From the NCBI GenBank assembly GCA_963705165.1, contig CAVPJD010000020.1, positions 1 through 64,000 of the forward strand: a DNA stretch of 64,000 bases. The letters are read 5' to 3'. Below are positions 1 through 8,523 of the stretch, one piece after another (within the stretch, counting starts at the first letter, position 1; every line of letters starts with the position of its first letter). This stretch comes from an uncultured delta proteobacterium. Its GTDB lineage: Bacteria > Desulfobacterota > Syntrophia > Syntrophales > UBA2192. Both the position numbers and the translations under genes were made by a program. The notes beneath the pieces are model-generated. The model was not told where the DNA came from and did no database searches. It worked only from the letters and a program-made list of their open reading frames with translations.

Positions 1-71
1 GCCCCTCGCAGCAGGAGATCACCGCGATGGCCAACGAACTGGCGGAGTTGATCAGGAAGAACATGAAATAG
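1..71 (+). CDS. 3' end of a gene entering the window (..PSQQEITAMANELAELIRKNMK*), possibly phosphoglucosamine mutase GlmM
   Basis: Open frame to TAG at 69-71; amphipathic C-terminal helix resembles the GlmM C-terminus and a glmU-like gene is nearby; only 22 aa visible. Confidence 0.3.
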   Translation, partial: PSQQEITAMANELAELIRKNMK

Positions 72-73
72 AA

Positions 74-104
74 GGGGCTCGGGTATCGGGTCTAGGGTAT
101 CGGG
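74..104 (+). repeat. Heptamer-period GGGN4 tract, 5 G-runs
   Basis: ggggctc gggtatc gggtcta gggtatc ggg, 2 nt after stop codon at 71. Confidence 0.85.
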
Positions 105-114
105 CAAGAAAACG

Positions 115-137
115 ACGGCGGGATGGATTCCCGCCGT
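115..137. terminator. GC-rich hairpin between convergent genes
   Basis: acggcggga-tggat-tcccgccgt followed by ttgt. Confidence 0.55.
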
Positions 138-148
138 TTGTCGTATCA

Positions 149-550
149 TCACAGCCACTTCTCAACGAAATCTTTCGGTCGCATTACCCTTATTCCCCGG
201 TAGCCGGTCACCTTCAGCAGATGCTTATCCCCGCTCACGATGAACTTGCATCCGCCGGTGACGGCACAGGCCAGAAACTTATCATCATCCGGATCGTCGC
301 AGACGGGAGCCGGCAATCTTCGAGCACGAACGATTTCCCCATTCATGGCGACCAGATCAATGACGGGCGTCAAATTCACTGCGGGGAAATGTTCGGCGAG
401 CCTCTCCCCCACTCGTTGATACTCGGAAAGAATTTCCACGGACAGGACGAACTTCAGCCTGCCGTCGCGCCAGGCTTTCAGAATTTGATAGGGCGGCCCG
501 GAGAAAAAGACGCCTGAAACGAACACGTTCGTGTCGAGAACGATTCTCAC
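149..550 (-). CDS. PIN-domain (VapC-like) toxin
   Basis: MRIVLDTNVFVS, DPDDDKFLACA and IVSGDKHLL PIN motifs; 4-nt overlap with the antitoxin. Confidence 0.9.
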   Translation of the reverse strand: MRIVLDTNVFVSGVFFSGPPYQILKAWRDGRLKFVLSVEILSEYQRVGERLAEHFPAVNLTPVIDLVAMNGEIVRARRLPAPVCDDPDDDKFLACAVTGGCKFIVSGDKHLLKVTGYRGIRVMRPKDFVEKWL

Positions 551-810
551 GTTCGGCCCCTCGCCTTCGCAAGAGCGGCAGCGATATCAGATTTATTCAG
601 GCCGGCTTCCTTTCCTTGCCTGCGAGCCTCGGCAATCAGGGCATCAAAATCGTTCATGGAGGGCGGCGATATGGCCTTCAGGATGACCACGTCGTTTTCC
701 CCCACGACGACGAACTGGGAGCCCGCCTTCAGCTTGAGCCTCTTGCGGATCTGCTCCGGGATGACCACCTGTCCCTTTGAAGACATTTTTGTGGTTGCCG
801 GTTGTGCCAT
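547..810 (-). CDS. AbrB/MazE/SpoVT-family antitoxin
   Basis: TKMSSKGQVVIPEQIRKRLKLKAG swapped-hairpin motif; GGAGG RBS; upstream of PIN gene. Confidence 0.9.
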   Translation of the reverse strand: MAQPATTKMSSKGQVVIPEQIRKRLKLKAGSQFVVVGENDVVILKAISPPSMNDFDALIAEARRQGKEAGLNKSDIAAALAKARGRT

Positions 811-832
811 GATGCAATCCTCCAGATTGATT

Positions 833-872
833 TCTTACTGGTAAGATTACAGGACAAACGGCAGGGTTACAA
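833..872 (-). promoter_or_regulatory. Sigma70-like promoter and palindromic operator of the TA operon
   Basis: Minus strand TTGTAA-N17-TAATCT; palindrome TCTTAC-TG-GTAAGA at 833-846 overlaps the -10/+1 region. Confidence 0.6.
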
Positions 873-927
873 GAGAAAAGTGCACCAGCGTCAAATCCAG
901 TCCGGCCCGGGACTATAACTCCGTTTA

Positions 928-1707
928 TCAGCGTGAATCACGCAGCTTCTCCTTCAAACGCTCCTGCACGATCTGAGTGGCCCGGGCGAGATCGTCGGGC
1001 GAATTGATGCCCATGACCTCGCCGGGGTCGGGCGCGATGACGGAGGCCGTCCTTACGCCCTTGCGCCGCGCTATGGCAAAGATGTCCGTAAAGTAGTACT
1101 CCTTCTGGGCGTTTTCATTTCCGATCTCACTCACCGCTTCGAACAGGAAAGGATTCTCCGCGCAGTAGATCCCCGTGTTGATCTCGCGGATCTTCTTCTG
1201 CTCCTGAGTGGCGTCGCGGTGCTCCACGATCCCCAGCACGTTACCCTCTTTGTCCTTCACGATCCGGCCGTAGCCGAAGGGGTCCTTGAGAAGGGTTGTC
1301 AGCACCGTGATGGCCGCACCGGAGGCGCGGTGGCGCTCCATCAGGTCGCGGATGGTCGAGGCCCGCAGCAGGGGCACGTCGCCGCAAAGGATCAGGATGG
1401 TCCCCCTGTAGCCGGCGAAGGCCTTTGCGGCCTGCAGGACGGCATGCCCTGTACCTAGCTGCTCGCGCTGATAGACGAAGGCAAGCCCGCGGTTGCCGTA
1501 GCGTGCCTCCACGAGCTCGGCCTGATGGCCGATGATGACGGCGATCCGGGATGAGCCCATCTGTTCGGCGAGATTCAGGACATAGTCCAGCATGGGCCGC
1601 CCGGCCACGGGGTGGAGGACCTTCACCAGCTCCGATTTCATCCGTGTGCCCTTGCCGGCAGCAAGAATCAGCGTCGCAAACGCTTTGTCTTCCATGCTCA
1701 TCGTCAC
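928..1707 (-). CDS. GlmU-like sugar-phosphate uridylyltransferase, N-terminal domain only
   Basis: LAAGKGTRMKS, EQLGTGHAV, GDVPLL, GYGRIV, EINTGIY, EYYFTD, MGINS; stops before the hexapeptide acetyltransferase domain. Confidence 0.88.
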   Translation of the reverse strand: MTMSMEDKAFATLILAAGKGTRMKSELVKVLHPVAGRPMLDYVLNLAEQMGSSRIAVIIGHQAELVEARYGNRGLAFVYQREQLGTGHAVLQAAKAFAGYRGTILILCGDVPLLRASTIRDLMERHRASGAAITVLTTLLKDPFGYGRIVKDKEGNVLGIVEHRDATQEQKKIREINTGIYCAENPFLFEAVSEIGNENAQKEYYFTDIFAIARRKGVRTASVIAPDPGEVMGINSPDDLARATQIVQERLKEKLRDSR

Positions 1708-1773
1708 CCCTTCTTTCGTTCTGATAACCGGACGGAAAGCCGTCTCAGGTTGCCATCAGAAGCATGACCGCCC

Positions 1774-1809
1774 CTCCAACCTTCTCACCTTCTCACCCTC
1801 TTACCCTCT
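1774..1809 (-). repeat. Octamer-period half element (family B, AGAAGGT/AGAGGGT)
   Basis: ctccaaccttctcaccttctcaccctcttaccctct, 10 nt past the stop of the minus-strand gene at 1820. Confidence 0.8.
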
Positions 1810-1819
1810 AATCCGCCGC

Positions 1820-3133
1820 TCACAACCCCGTCATCGGCCGCTGCGATTCGGCCTGCCCCTCTTCTTTCCGCGCTGCGGAGGGCTCGGCGGGCAGGATGAT
1901 CTGTACCTGCTTGATCGACTTCATGTCGGCATCCTCGATCACGAACTTGACGCTCCCCGCGCGGAACTGCTCCATCCTGCGCGGAATCCGCCCCATTTGA
2001 TGGAGCAGATACCCCGCCAGGGTTTCATAGGGTCCTTCCGGTATGCTGACAGGAACGATCTCACGCAAACGCACGATGCCGATGTGGGCGCTGACCAGGT
2101 ACTGGCCCGGGCCCAACTTGCGGACGGCGCGCTCCCGCTTGTCGTACTCGTCACGAATGTCGCCCACGATTTCCTCGAGAATGTCCTCGATCGTCACGAT
2201 CCCCACGGCGCCGCCGTACTCGTCGACGACCACCGCCATCGGCTCGCCGCGCTTCTGCATCTCCAGCAGGAGATCGTCGGCGGGCTTGCTGACGGGAACG
2301 TAGAAGAGCTGCCGGAGGGCCGAACGGACGGGGCGGGTTGCCGAGACCGGCAGCGCCTTCAGGATGTCGAAAGCATTTACCACACCGACAATGTTGATCA
2401 CATCGCCCTGGTATACGGGAAGCCGGGAGAACCCCGTCTCGTTGATGAGCCGGGCGGCCTCCCCGAAAGTGGCTTCATCCTCGAGAGCCGCCACGTTGGA
2501 GATCGGGACCATGATCCGGCCCGCGCGCGCCTCTGAAAAATCAAAGATGCGCTCCACCATCTCTTTTTCCGAGCGTTTCACGTCGGTCTGCTTCGCCTCC
2601 TCGTGCAGGAGGACCTTGAGCCCGTCCTTGGTGATGTAGGGCAGTGAGGTTTTCCCCCGCTCTCCCGCCAGGACGTAGAGGGTGCCGCGGGCGATCTTCG
2701 AGACTACGTACACGAAGGGATAGAGTACCCAGGAGGCCGCCCAGATAAAGGGCGCGATGAACACGGCCTTCCGCTCGGCGCGCTGGCGAAAGAAGCTCTT
2801 CGGGACGATCTCGCCGAAAACGAGGATCGTCGGGATCATGACGGCCACGGAGACCCATTCGCCTCTTGCCGGCCCCAGGGCTGCGATGAAGAGGGACGTG
2901 GCTAGCGCCGTGCTCGTGATCACGCACAGATCCGTCCCCGTGAGGCATGTGGCCAGGAACCACTCCGGGTTATCGAGCAGCCGAAGGGCGATGGCTGCCG
3001 ATTTCGAACCGCCTTCCGCCTTCTGCCGGATGCGGTGGATGTCGGATGCGATCAGGGCGATCTCGCCCCCGGAAAAAAGGCCTTCCAATGCAATGCAGAA
3101 GAGGATGAGCAGCAGCATGAGGACATCACTCAT
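1820..3133 (-). CDS. CNNM/CBS/CorC-HlyC family membrane protein (hemolysin family)
   Basis: FSGGEIAL, FGEIVPK, GFSRLPVY, VVDEYGGAVGIVTIEDILEEIVGDIRDEYD, YETLAGY. Confidence 0.92.
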   Translation of the reverse strand: MSDVLMLLLILFCIALEGLFSGGEIALIASDIHRIRQKAEGGSKSAAIALRLLDNPEWFLATCLTGTDLCVITSTALATSLFIAALGPARGEWVSVAVMIPTILVFGEIVPKSFFRQRAERKAVFIAPFIWAASWVLYPFVYVVSKIARGTLYVLAGERGKTSLPYITKDGLKVLLHEEAKQTDVKRSEKEMVERIFDFSEARAGRIMVPISNVAALEDEATFGEAARLINETGFSRLPVYQGDVINIVGVVNAFDILKALPVSATRPVRSALRQLFYVPVSKPADDLLLEMQKRGEPMAVVVDEYGGAVGIVTIEDILEEIVGDIRDEYDKRERAVRKLGPGQYLVSAHIGIVRLREIVPVSIPEGPYETLAGYLLHQMGRIPRRMEQFRAGSVKFVIEDADMKSIKQVQIILPAEPSAARKEEGQAESQRPMTGL

Positions 3134-4392
3134 GATCCTGCACCCCCTTTTGTCACCCGGACACTCAGGATCCTCGTGCCCTTGACCTTCCGGACGACGA
3201 GGGTGAGCCCTTCCGAGGTGATTTCGTCGCCCCGGGACGGCAGCCTCCCGAAGAGGTGCAGGACGTAGCCGCCGACGGTTCCGAAATCATCCGACGGGAT
3301 GGAGGTGCCTGCGATTTCGTTGAAATCGTCTATTGCAAGGGCTCCCGAGACCATGAGGGTCCGCTCGTCGATCCGGTGGAATGGCCTCTCTCGCGTATCC
3401 CGTTCGTCGTAGATGTCTCCGAAGAGGGCCTCCAGGATGTCCTCCATCGTTACGAGGCCCGAGATCCCGCCGTACTCGTCCACGACGAGGGCCACGTGCA
3501 TGTTTCGCTTCTGGAAGTCCCGAAGCACCTGATCGGCACTGCGTTCTTCCGGAACAAAATAGGGTTTTCGCAGAAGCGGCTCCGACGACGACGGGGAATT
3601 CCCCTCCGCCATCAGGCCCAGCAGGTCGCGCGCATAGAGGATCCCGACGATGTCGTCGGGTCCGGTCCCGTACAGAGGAACCCGCGAGTAGCCCTGCTCG
3701 ATGATCTCTCTGCGCAGTACCTCTGGGCTCGTGGACACGGGAAGGCAGAACATGTCAACGCGGGGGGTCATGATGTCCTCGACGGGCGTGTCGGCCAGAT
3801 CGAAGACCCGGTGGATGAGATCCCGCTGGCCGGCATCGATGATCCCTTCTTCATGACCGGCGTCGACGAGGCTTCGGAACTCCACCTCCATGAGAGTGTC
3901 GCTGTCAGTCGCCTCCTTTTTCCTGAAAGACCCGAGGATAAATCCGGAGATCCCTTCCAGAAGCCAGACCACGGGAAACACGGCCTTCTGCACGAGAGTC
4001 ATGGGCGGCGCTACCATGGAGGAGAGGCGCATGGAATAGGTTTTCCCGAAGATCTTCGGAATGGCCTCCCCGAAAAGGAACAGCACCGGGGCCACCGCGG
4101 CGATGGCAAGCCACTCCCCCCGCTCATCGAAGAGGCTGATGAAGAGCGCCGTAGCCGTGGCGGAAAGGACGATGTTGACGACCTCGTTGCCCACGATGAT
4201 CGTGACAAGCAGGCGACGAGGCGTATCGAGGAGCTTCTCGACTTGAGAAAGGAAGGGGAAGCGTTCTTCCCTCATCTTGTGGAGGTGAAGCTGTGAAAGT
4301 GAAAAAAGCGCGGCTTCGGAGGAGGAAAAGAAGCCTGACAGCAACAGGCACAGTCCCATCAACACAAGCTTGAATGTAACGGTTGGGTCCAA
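3130..4392 (-). CDS. CNNM/CBS/CorC-HlyC family membrane protein (hemolysin family)
   Basis: FFSSSEAALFSL, FGEAIPK, IMTPRVDM, GYSRVPLY, VVDEYGGISGLVTMEDILE; TTG start. Confidence 0.92.
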   Translation of the reverse strand: MDPTVTFKLVLMGLCLLLSGFFSSSEAALFSLSQLHLHKMREERFPFLSQVEKLLDTPRRLLVTIIVGNEVVNIVLSATATALFISLFDERGEWLAIAAVAPVLFLFGEAIPKIFGKTYSMRLSSMVAPPMTLVQKAVFPVVWLLEGISGFILGSFRKKEATDSDTLMEVEFRSLVDAGHEEGIIDAGQRDLIHRVFDLADTPVEDIMTPRVDMFCLPVSTSPEVLRREIIEQGYSRVPLYGTGPDDIVGILYARDLLGLMAEGNSPSSSEPLLRKPYFVPEERSADQVLRDFQKRNMHVALVVDEYGGISGLVTMEDILEALFGDIYDERDTRERPFHRIDERTLMVSGALAIDDFNEIAGTSIPSDDFGTVGGYVLHLFGRLPSRGDEITSEGLTLVVRKVKGTRILSVRVTKGGAGS

Positions 4393-4646
4393 GGATTCGA
4401 TTGCCCGGTGCTAGAAATTGTTATGGTGTTTCGACGGGTTAACGATGACTGGAGCTTATCGGACAACCGGCAAAAAGTCAACCTGCTGTTGCGTAAACGA
4501 CCGCGAAACAGTTTTGCCGGATCAAAACCGCCGTTTTCATTGACTTGATGCCCCTTTTCCGTTATGATGCAAACCATTCTTCTGTTCATTTCCCCTTTAT
4601 ATTCAATGGTTTCCGTGGTCGACAGGGGGCCATGAGGAGGTATTCC

Positions 4647-5972
4647 ATGCCGGGTGTGCTGCTGGTCGGAAACGGGGCCCGGGAACATGCCATCGCCGAG
4701 GCGATCATGCGTTCCAGCCTCAACCCGAAACTCTTTTCCTGCATGAAGACAAACAACCCCGGGATTGCCGCTCTGTCGTCAAAATCCCTCATCGGACCCT
4801 ACGAGGATCTGGCGGCCATCATGGCCTTCGCGAAGGAGAACGGCTGCGAGTTCGCCTTCATCGGGCCCGAAGACCCCCTGAGCCTGGGCATCGTCGATGC
4901 GCTCGCGGCCGCGGGGATCCCCGCCGTGGGACCCAAAAAGAAGCTGGCCCGGCTCGAGACGTCGAAATCCTTCACGCGGGACCTCGTCCGCAAATACAAC
5001 ATCCCCGGAAACCCCCGCTACGAGACCTTCACCTCGATTGACGGGATCGAGGTCTTTCTCAAAGGGCTTCCCGGAGTCGTCGTGAAGCCCGACGGGCTCA
5101 CCGGCGGCAAGGGGGTGAAGGTCCAGGGTGACCACTTCCAGACCAGGCAGGAGGCATTCGAATATTGCAGAGAGGTCCTGCAGGAGCACTCCGCCGTGGT
5201 AATCGAGGAAAAGCTCGAGGGCGAGGAGTTCTCCCTGCAGTGCATCTCCGACGGCAAGACCGTCGTGGCCACACCTCCCGTCCAGGACCACAAGCGGCGC
5301 TTCGTGGGCGACAAGGGGCCCAACACGGGCGGCATGGGATCCTATTCCGATCGGGATCACAGCCTCCCCTTCATGAGGCCCGAAGACGTCCAGGCGGGGC
5401 TCGAGATCACACGGAAGGTGGCCGAGGCCATCTACCAGGAAACGGGCGATTACTACAAGGGGGTCATGTACGGCGGCTTCATCATCACGCGAGACGGCGT
5501 GAGGCTCGTGGAGTACAACGCCCGCTTCGGCGATCCCGAGGCGATGAACATCCTGCCGCTGCTCAAGACGGACTTCATTGAGATCTGCCGGGCCGTCGTG
5601 AACGGGACGCTGGACAAACTCCCCGTGGAGTTCGAGCAGAAGGCCACCGTCTGCAAATACATCGTCCCGAAGGCTTACGGCCTCCCCAAGGACCACCCCG
5701 ACGCCAAATCGACATCGGCGAAGATCGACGTGGGGGATGTGGGCTCCGCGCGGCTCTACTATTCCTCGGTCGACAGGAAGGCCGACGGGCTCTATATGAC
5801 GAGCTCCCGGGCCATCGGTGTCGTGGGAATCGCCGCAAGCCTCGACGAGGCGGAGAAGATCGCCGAGAACGCCATATCGGCCGTGAAGGGCCCCGTGGAC
5901 CACAGGCCCGACATCGGAACGAAGGCGCTCATCCAGCGGCGCATCGATCACATGAAGCAAATCAGGGGCTGA
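4647..5972 (+). CDS. purD: Phosphoribosylamine--glycine ligase
   Basis: GNGAREHA, FIGPEDPL, LETSKSF, KPDGLTGGKGV, QDHKR, GPNTGGMGSYS, EYNARFGDPE; start moved to ATG 4647 after GAGGAGG. Confidence 0.96.
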   Translation: MPGVLLVGNGAREHAIAEAIMRSSLNPKLFSCMKTNNPGIAALSSKSLIGPYEDLAAIMAFAKENGCEFAFIGPEDPLSLGIVDALAAAGIPAVGPKKKLARLETSKSFTRDLVRKYNIPGNPRYETFTSIDGIEVFLKGLPGVVVKPDGLTGGKGVKVQGDHFQTRQEAFEYCREVLQEHSAVVIEEKLEGEEFSLQCISDGKTVVATPPVQDHKRRFVGDKGPNTGGMGSYSDRDHSLPFMRPEDVQAGLEITRKVAEAIYQETGDYYKGVMYGGFIITRDGVRLVEYNARFGDPEAMNILPLLKTDFIEICRAVVNGTLDKLPVEFEQKATVCKYIVPKAYGLPKDHPDAKSTSAKIDVGDVGSARLYYSSVDRKADGLYMTSSRAIGVVGIAASLDEAEKIAENAISAVKGPVDHRPDIGTKALIQRRIDHMKQIRG

Positions 5973-5980
5973 AGCCCCTG

Positions 5981-6068
5981 GGAATAATGGAGTAATGGAA
6001 TATTGGAATACTGGGGAAGGAATTTTTCCACAACCCATTTTTCCATCATTCCATGATTCCATTACTCC
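5981..6068. repeat. Imperfect palindrome with octamer-period arms (family A, GGARTANT / ATTCC)
   Basis: ggaataat ggagtaat ggaatatt ggaatact gggg ... cccattttt ccatcatt ccatgatt ccattact cc. Confidence 0.9.
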
Positions 6069-6128
6069 GCGCGCCGTCATATCGTAACGGCATATGTTAA
6101 AAATATTCATTAATCACAGGAGCTATGA

Positions 6129-7694
6129 ATGGGCAACAAGGTGAAGCGTGCGCTCATCAGCGTCACGGACAAGAAAGGCATTGTTGATTTTGCGAAAGGC
6201 CTGAAGGCCTTCGGCGTCGAGATCCTCTCGACGGGGGGGACGGCGGCCCAGATCAAGGCGGCGGGCATCGACGTGACCGACGTTTCCGCCTATACGGGAT
6301 TCCCGGAAATGATGGATGGAAGGCTCAAGACCCTTCACCCGAAGGTCCACGGGGGGCTGCTGGCGCTGCGCGACCACGAGGAGCACATGAAGGCGGCCAA
6401 GGCGCACGGCATCGAGATGATCGACATGGTCGTCATCAACTTGTACCGATTCGAGGACACGGTGGCCAAGGAGGGCTGCACCCTCGAGGAAGCCATCGAG
6501 AACATCGACATCGGCGGGCCCACCATGGTCCGCTCTGCGGCAAAAAACTATCGTTTCGTCAGCATCGTCACGGACCCCGATGACTACCCGAAAATCATAG
6601 GGGAAATGAAAACGACAGGGGGCGAGGTCTCCGAGGAAACGAACTTCATGCTCTCGACCAGAGCTTTCCAGCTTACGGCCCGCTATGATGCCGCTATCTC
6701 AAACTGGATGGGCACGATCCTGCCCGGGGACGGAAAGAAGGACTTCCCCGATGTCTACACGCTGCAGTTTCTGAAGGCGCAGGATTTGCGCTACGGTGAG
6801 AACCCCCATCAGAAAGCCGTCTTCTACCGCGAGGGGGCGCAGATGCTGCCCGGGATCGCGGGCGGGGCGCAGCTGCAGGGCAAGGAGCTCTCCTACAACA
6901 ACATCATGGACAGCGATGCCGCCTGGCAGATGGCCTGCGATTTCGAGCTGCCCACGGCGGTCATCATGAAGCACGCCAATCCCTGCGGCGCTGCCACATC
7001 GGGGGGAGACATCCTGGAGGCATACAGGAAGGCCCTCGAGACCGACCCCATCTCGGCTTTCGGCGGCATCGTGGCCGTGAACCGGCCCGTCGACAAGAAT
7101 GCGGCCGAGGAGATCGCCAAGCTCTTCCTGGAGGTGGTGATTGCACCGAAATTCGAGCCTGAGGCTCTCAAGGCATTCGAATCGAAGAAAAACCTGCGCC
7201 TCATCGAGATCGGGGAGTCCTGCACCGCCGGCAAGAAGGGCTTTGACTTCCGTCGCGTTGTGGGCGGGCTTCTCGTCCAGGAACGGGACGCTGAGGCCAC
7301 GGACATCCGAAAGGCGAAGGTCGTAACAAAACGCAAGCCCACCGAAGAGGAGTACCAGGCCCTCGACTTTGCCTGGCGGGTCGTCAAACACGTGAAGTCA
7401 AACGCCATCGTGCTGGCCACGAAGGACAAGCTCGTGGGCGTGGGCGCAGGCCAGATGAGCCGCGTGGACTCGGTGAAGATCGCGATCATGAAAGCGACAA
7501 GCCCCACGAAGGGCACCGTCATGGGCTCTGATGCCTTCTTCCCGTTTCGCGACGTTGTCGAGACGGCGGCAAAGGCCGGGGTCACGGCTATTATCCAGCC
7601 CGGCGGGTCGATCCGGGACGAGGAGTCGATTCAGGCAGCCGACGAGCACGGGTTGGCGATGATTTTTACGGGAATCAGGCATTTCAAGCACTAA
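6129..7694 (+). CDS. purH: Bifunctional AICAR transformylase / IMP cyclohydrolase
   Basis: RALISVTDK, STGGT, GRLKTLHPKVHGG, IDIGGPTM, LRYGENPHQ, KHANPCG, GAGQMSRVDS, SDAFFPF, RHFKH. Confidence 0.98.
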   Translation: MGNKVKRALISVTDKKGIVDFAKGLKAFGVEILSTGGTAAQIKAAGIDVTDVSAYTGFPEMMDGRLKTLHPKVHGGLLALRDHEEHMKAAKAHGIEMIDMVVINLYRFEDTVAKEGCTLEEAIENIDIGGPTMVRSAAKNYRFVSIVTDPDDYPKIIGEMKTTGGEVSEETNFMLSTRAFQLTARYDAAISNWMGTILPGDGKKDFPDVYTLQFLKAQDLRYGENPHQKAVFYREGAQMLPGIAGGAQLQGKELSYNNIMDSDAAWQMACDFELPTAVIMKHANPCGAATSGGDILEAYRKALETDPISAFGGIVAVNRPVDKNAAEEIAKLFLEVVIAPKFEPEALKAFESKKNLRLIEIGESCTAGKKGFDFRRVVGGLLVQERDAEATDIRKAKVVTKRKPTEEEYQALDFAWRVVKHVKSNAIVLATKDKLVGVGAGQMSRVDSVKIAIMKATSPTKGTVMGSDAFFPFRDVVETAAKAGVTAIIQPGGSIRDEESIQAADEHGLAMIFTGIRHFKH

Positions 7695-7714
7695 TCGCCG
7701 GAGGCGATTCGTGC

Positions 7715-7796
7715 GGGGTACTGGAATATTGGAGTATTGGGTAGCGATTTTTTCAATCAACCCATCATTCCATTATTCCATCACTCCATTATTCCA
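7715..7796. repeat. Family A octamer-arm palindrome
   Basis: ggggtact ggaatatt ggagtatt ggg ... cccatcatt ccattatt ccatcact ccattatt cca. Confidence 0.9.
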
Positions 7797-7841
7797 ACTC
7801 GCAGCATTGAACAGGCCACGATCGATCATGGAGGGATGGGC

Positions 7842-8351
7842 ATGAAAAAAGTGAAAAGCGACGTGCTGGTGAGTGTGTTGATGGGGAGCGACTCGGACCT
7901 GCCCATCATGAAGGAGGCCCTCGAGACGCTCAAGAAGTTCGACATCCCCTACGAGCTCTTCCTCACATCGGCCCACCGAACGCCGGAGCGCACGACGAAC
8001 TTCACCCGAAAGGCCGAGGAACGCGGCGTCAAGGTCCTCATCGTCGGTGCCGGCGCGGCGGCCCACCTGGCCGGGGTGATTGCCTCGCAGACGCGGCTTC
8101 CTGTCATCGGAGTGCCCATCGATGCAACCTCCATCGGGGGCCTCGACGCGCTGCTCTCCACGGTCCAGATGCCCGGGGGCATCCCCGTGGCGACCATGGC
8201 CATCGGAAAGGCGGGCGCGCGAAACGCCGCGCTCATGGCGGTGCGGATCCTCGCCCTGAACGATGCCTCTCTGCGGAAAAAGCTGCAGCAGCACTCCGAG
8301 CAGATGGCCCGCGAAGTAGAGGAAAAACACAAGAAGCTGGAGTGCCTGTGA
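7842..8351 (+). CDS. purE: N5-CAIR mutase
   Basis: MGSDSDL, SAHRTP, GAGAAAHLAG, LPVIGVP, QMPGGIPVAT; ATG 7842 after GGAGGG. Confidence 0.97.
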   Translation: MKKVKSDVLVSVLMGSDSDLPIMKEALETLKKFDIPYELFLTSAHRTPERTTNFTRKAEERGVKVLIVGAGAAAHLAGVIASQTRLPVIGVPIDATSIGGLDALLSTVQMPGGIPVATMAIGKAGARNAALMAVRILALNDASLRKKLQQHSEQMAREVEEKHKKLECL

Positions 8352-8354
8352 AAG

Positions 8355-8376
8355 ACAGGGTACAGGGTATAGGGTA
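8355..8376 (+). repeat. Heptamer AGGGTAY tract, 3 G-runs
   Basis: ac agggtac agggtat agggta just after the purE stop. Confidence 0.7.
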
Positions 8377-8385
8377 AAAAAGAAC

Positions 8386-8413
8386 GGACCGGCGGGATAC
8401 CGCCGGTCCTCTT
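8386..8413 (+). terminator. Hairpin after purE
   Basis: ggaccggcgg-gata-ccgccggtcc then tctt. Confidence 0.55.
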
Positions 8414-8422
8414 GCTCACCAT

Positions 8423-8518
8423 ATGACGCACATCATCAATATCGACCCCGAGCATCCCGAGGCGGACCACATTGATCAGGCTGTCGCGATTCTGAAACGC
8501 GGAGGGGTGATCGCCGCT
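8423..8518 (+). pseudogene. 5' remnant of TsaC/Sua5/YrdC threonylcarbamoyl-AMP synthase
   Basis: MTHIINIDPEHPEADHIDQAVAILKRGGVIA matches the YrdC N-terminus but the following (Y/F)PT(E/D)TxYG motif is missing; the frame runs into the convergent K+ channel gene. Confidence 0.7.
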
Positions 8519-8523
8519 TCCCT

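Noticed and set aside
6024..6032. DnaA-box-like TTTTCCACA
   Set aside because: Single copy inside the spacer of a repeat element within the pur operon
5981..6068. Short-period repeats as a possible CRISPR array
   Set aside because: Units are 7-8 nt with no unique 30-40 nt spacers, and no cas genes are present
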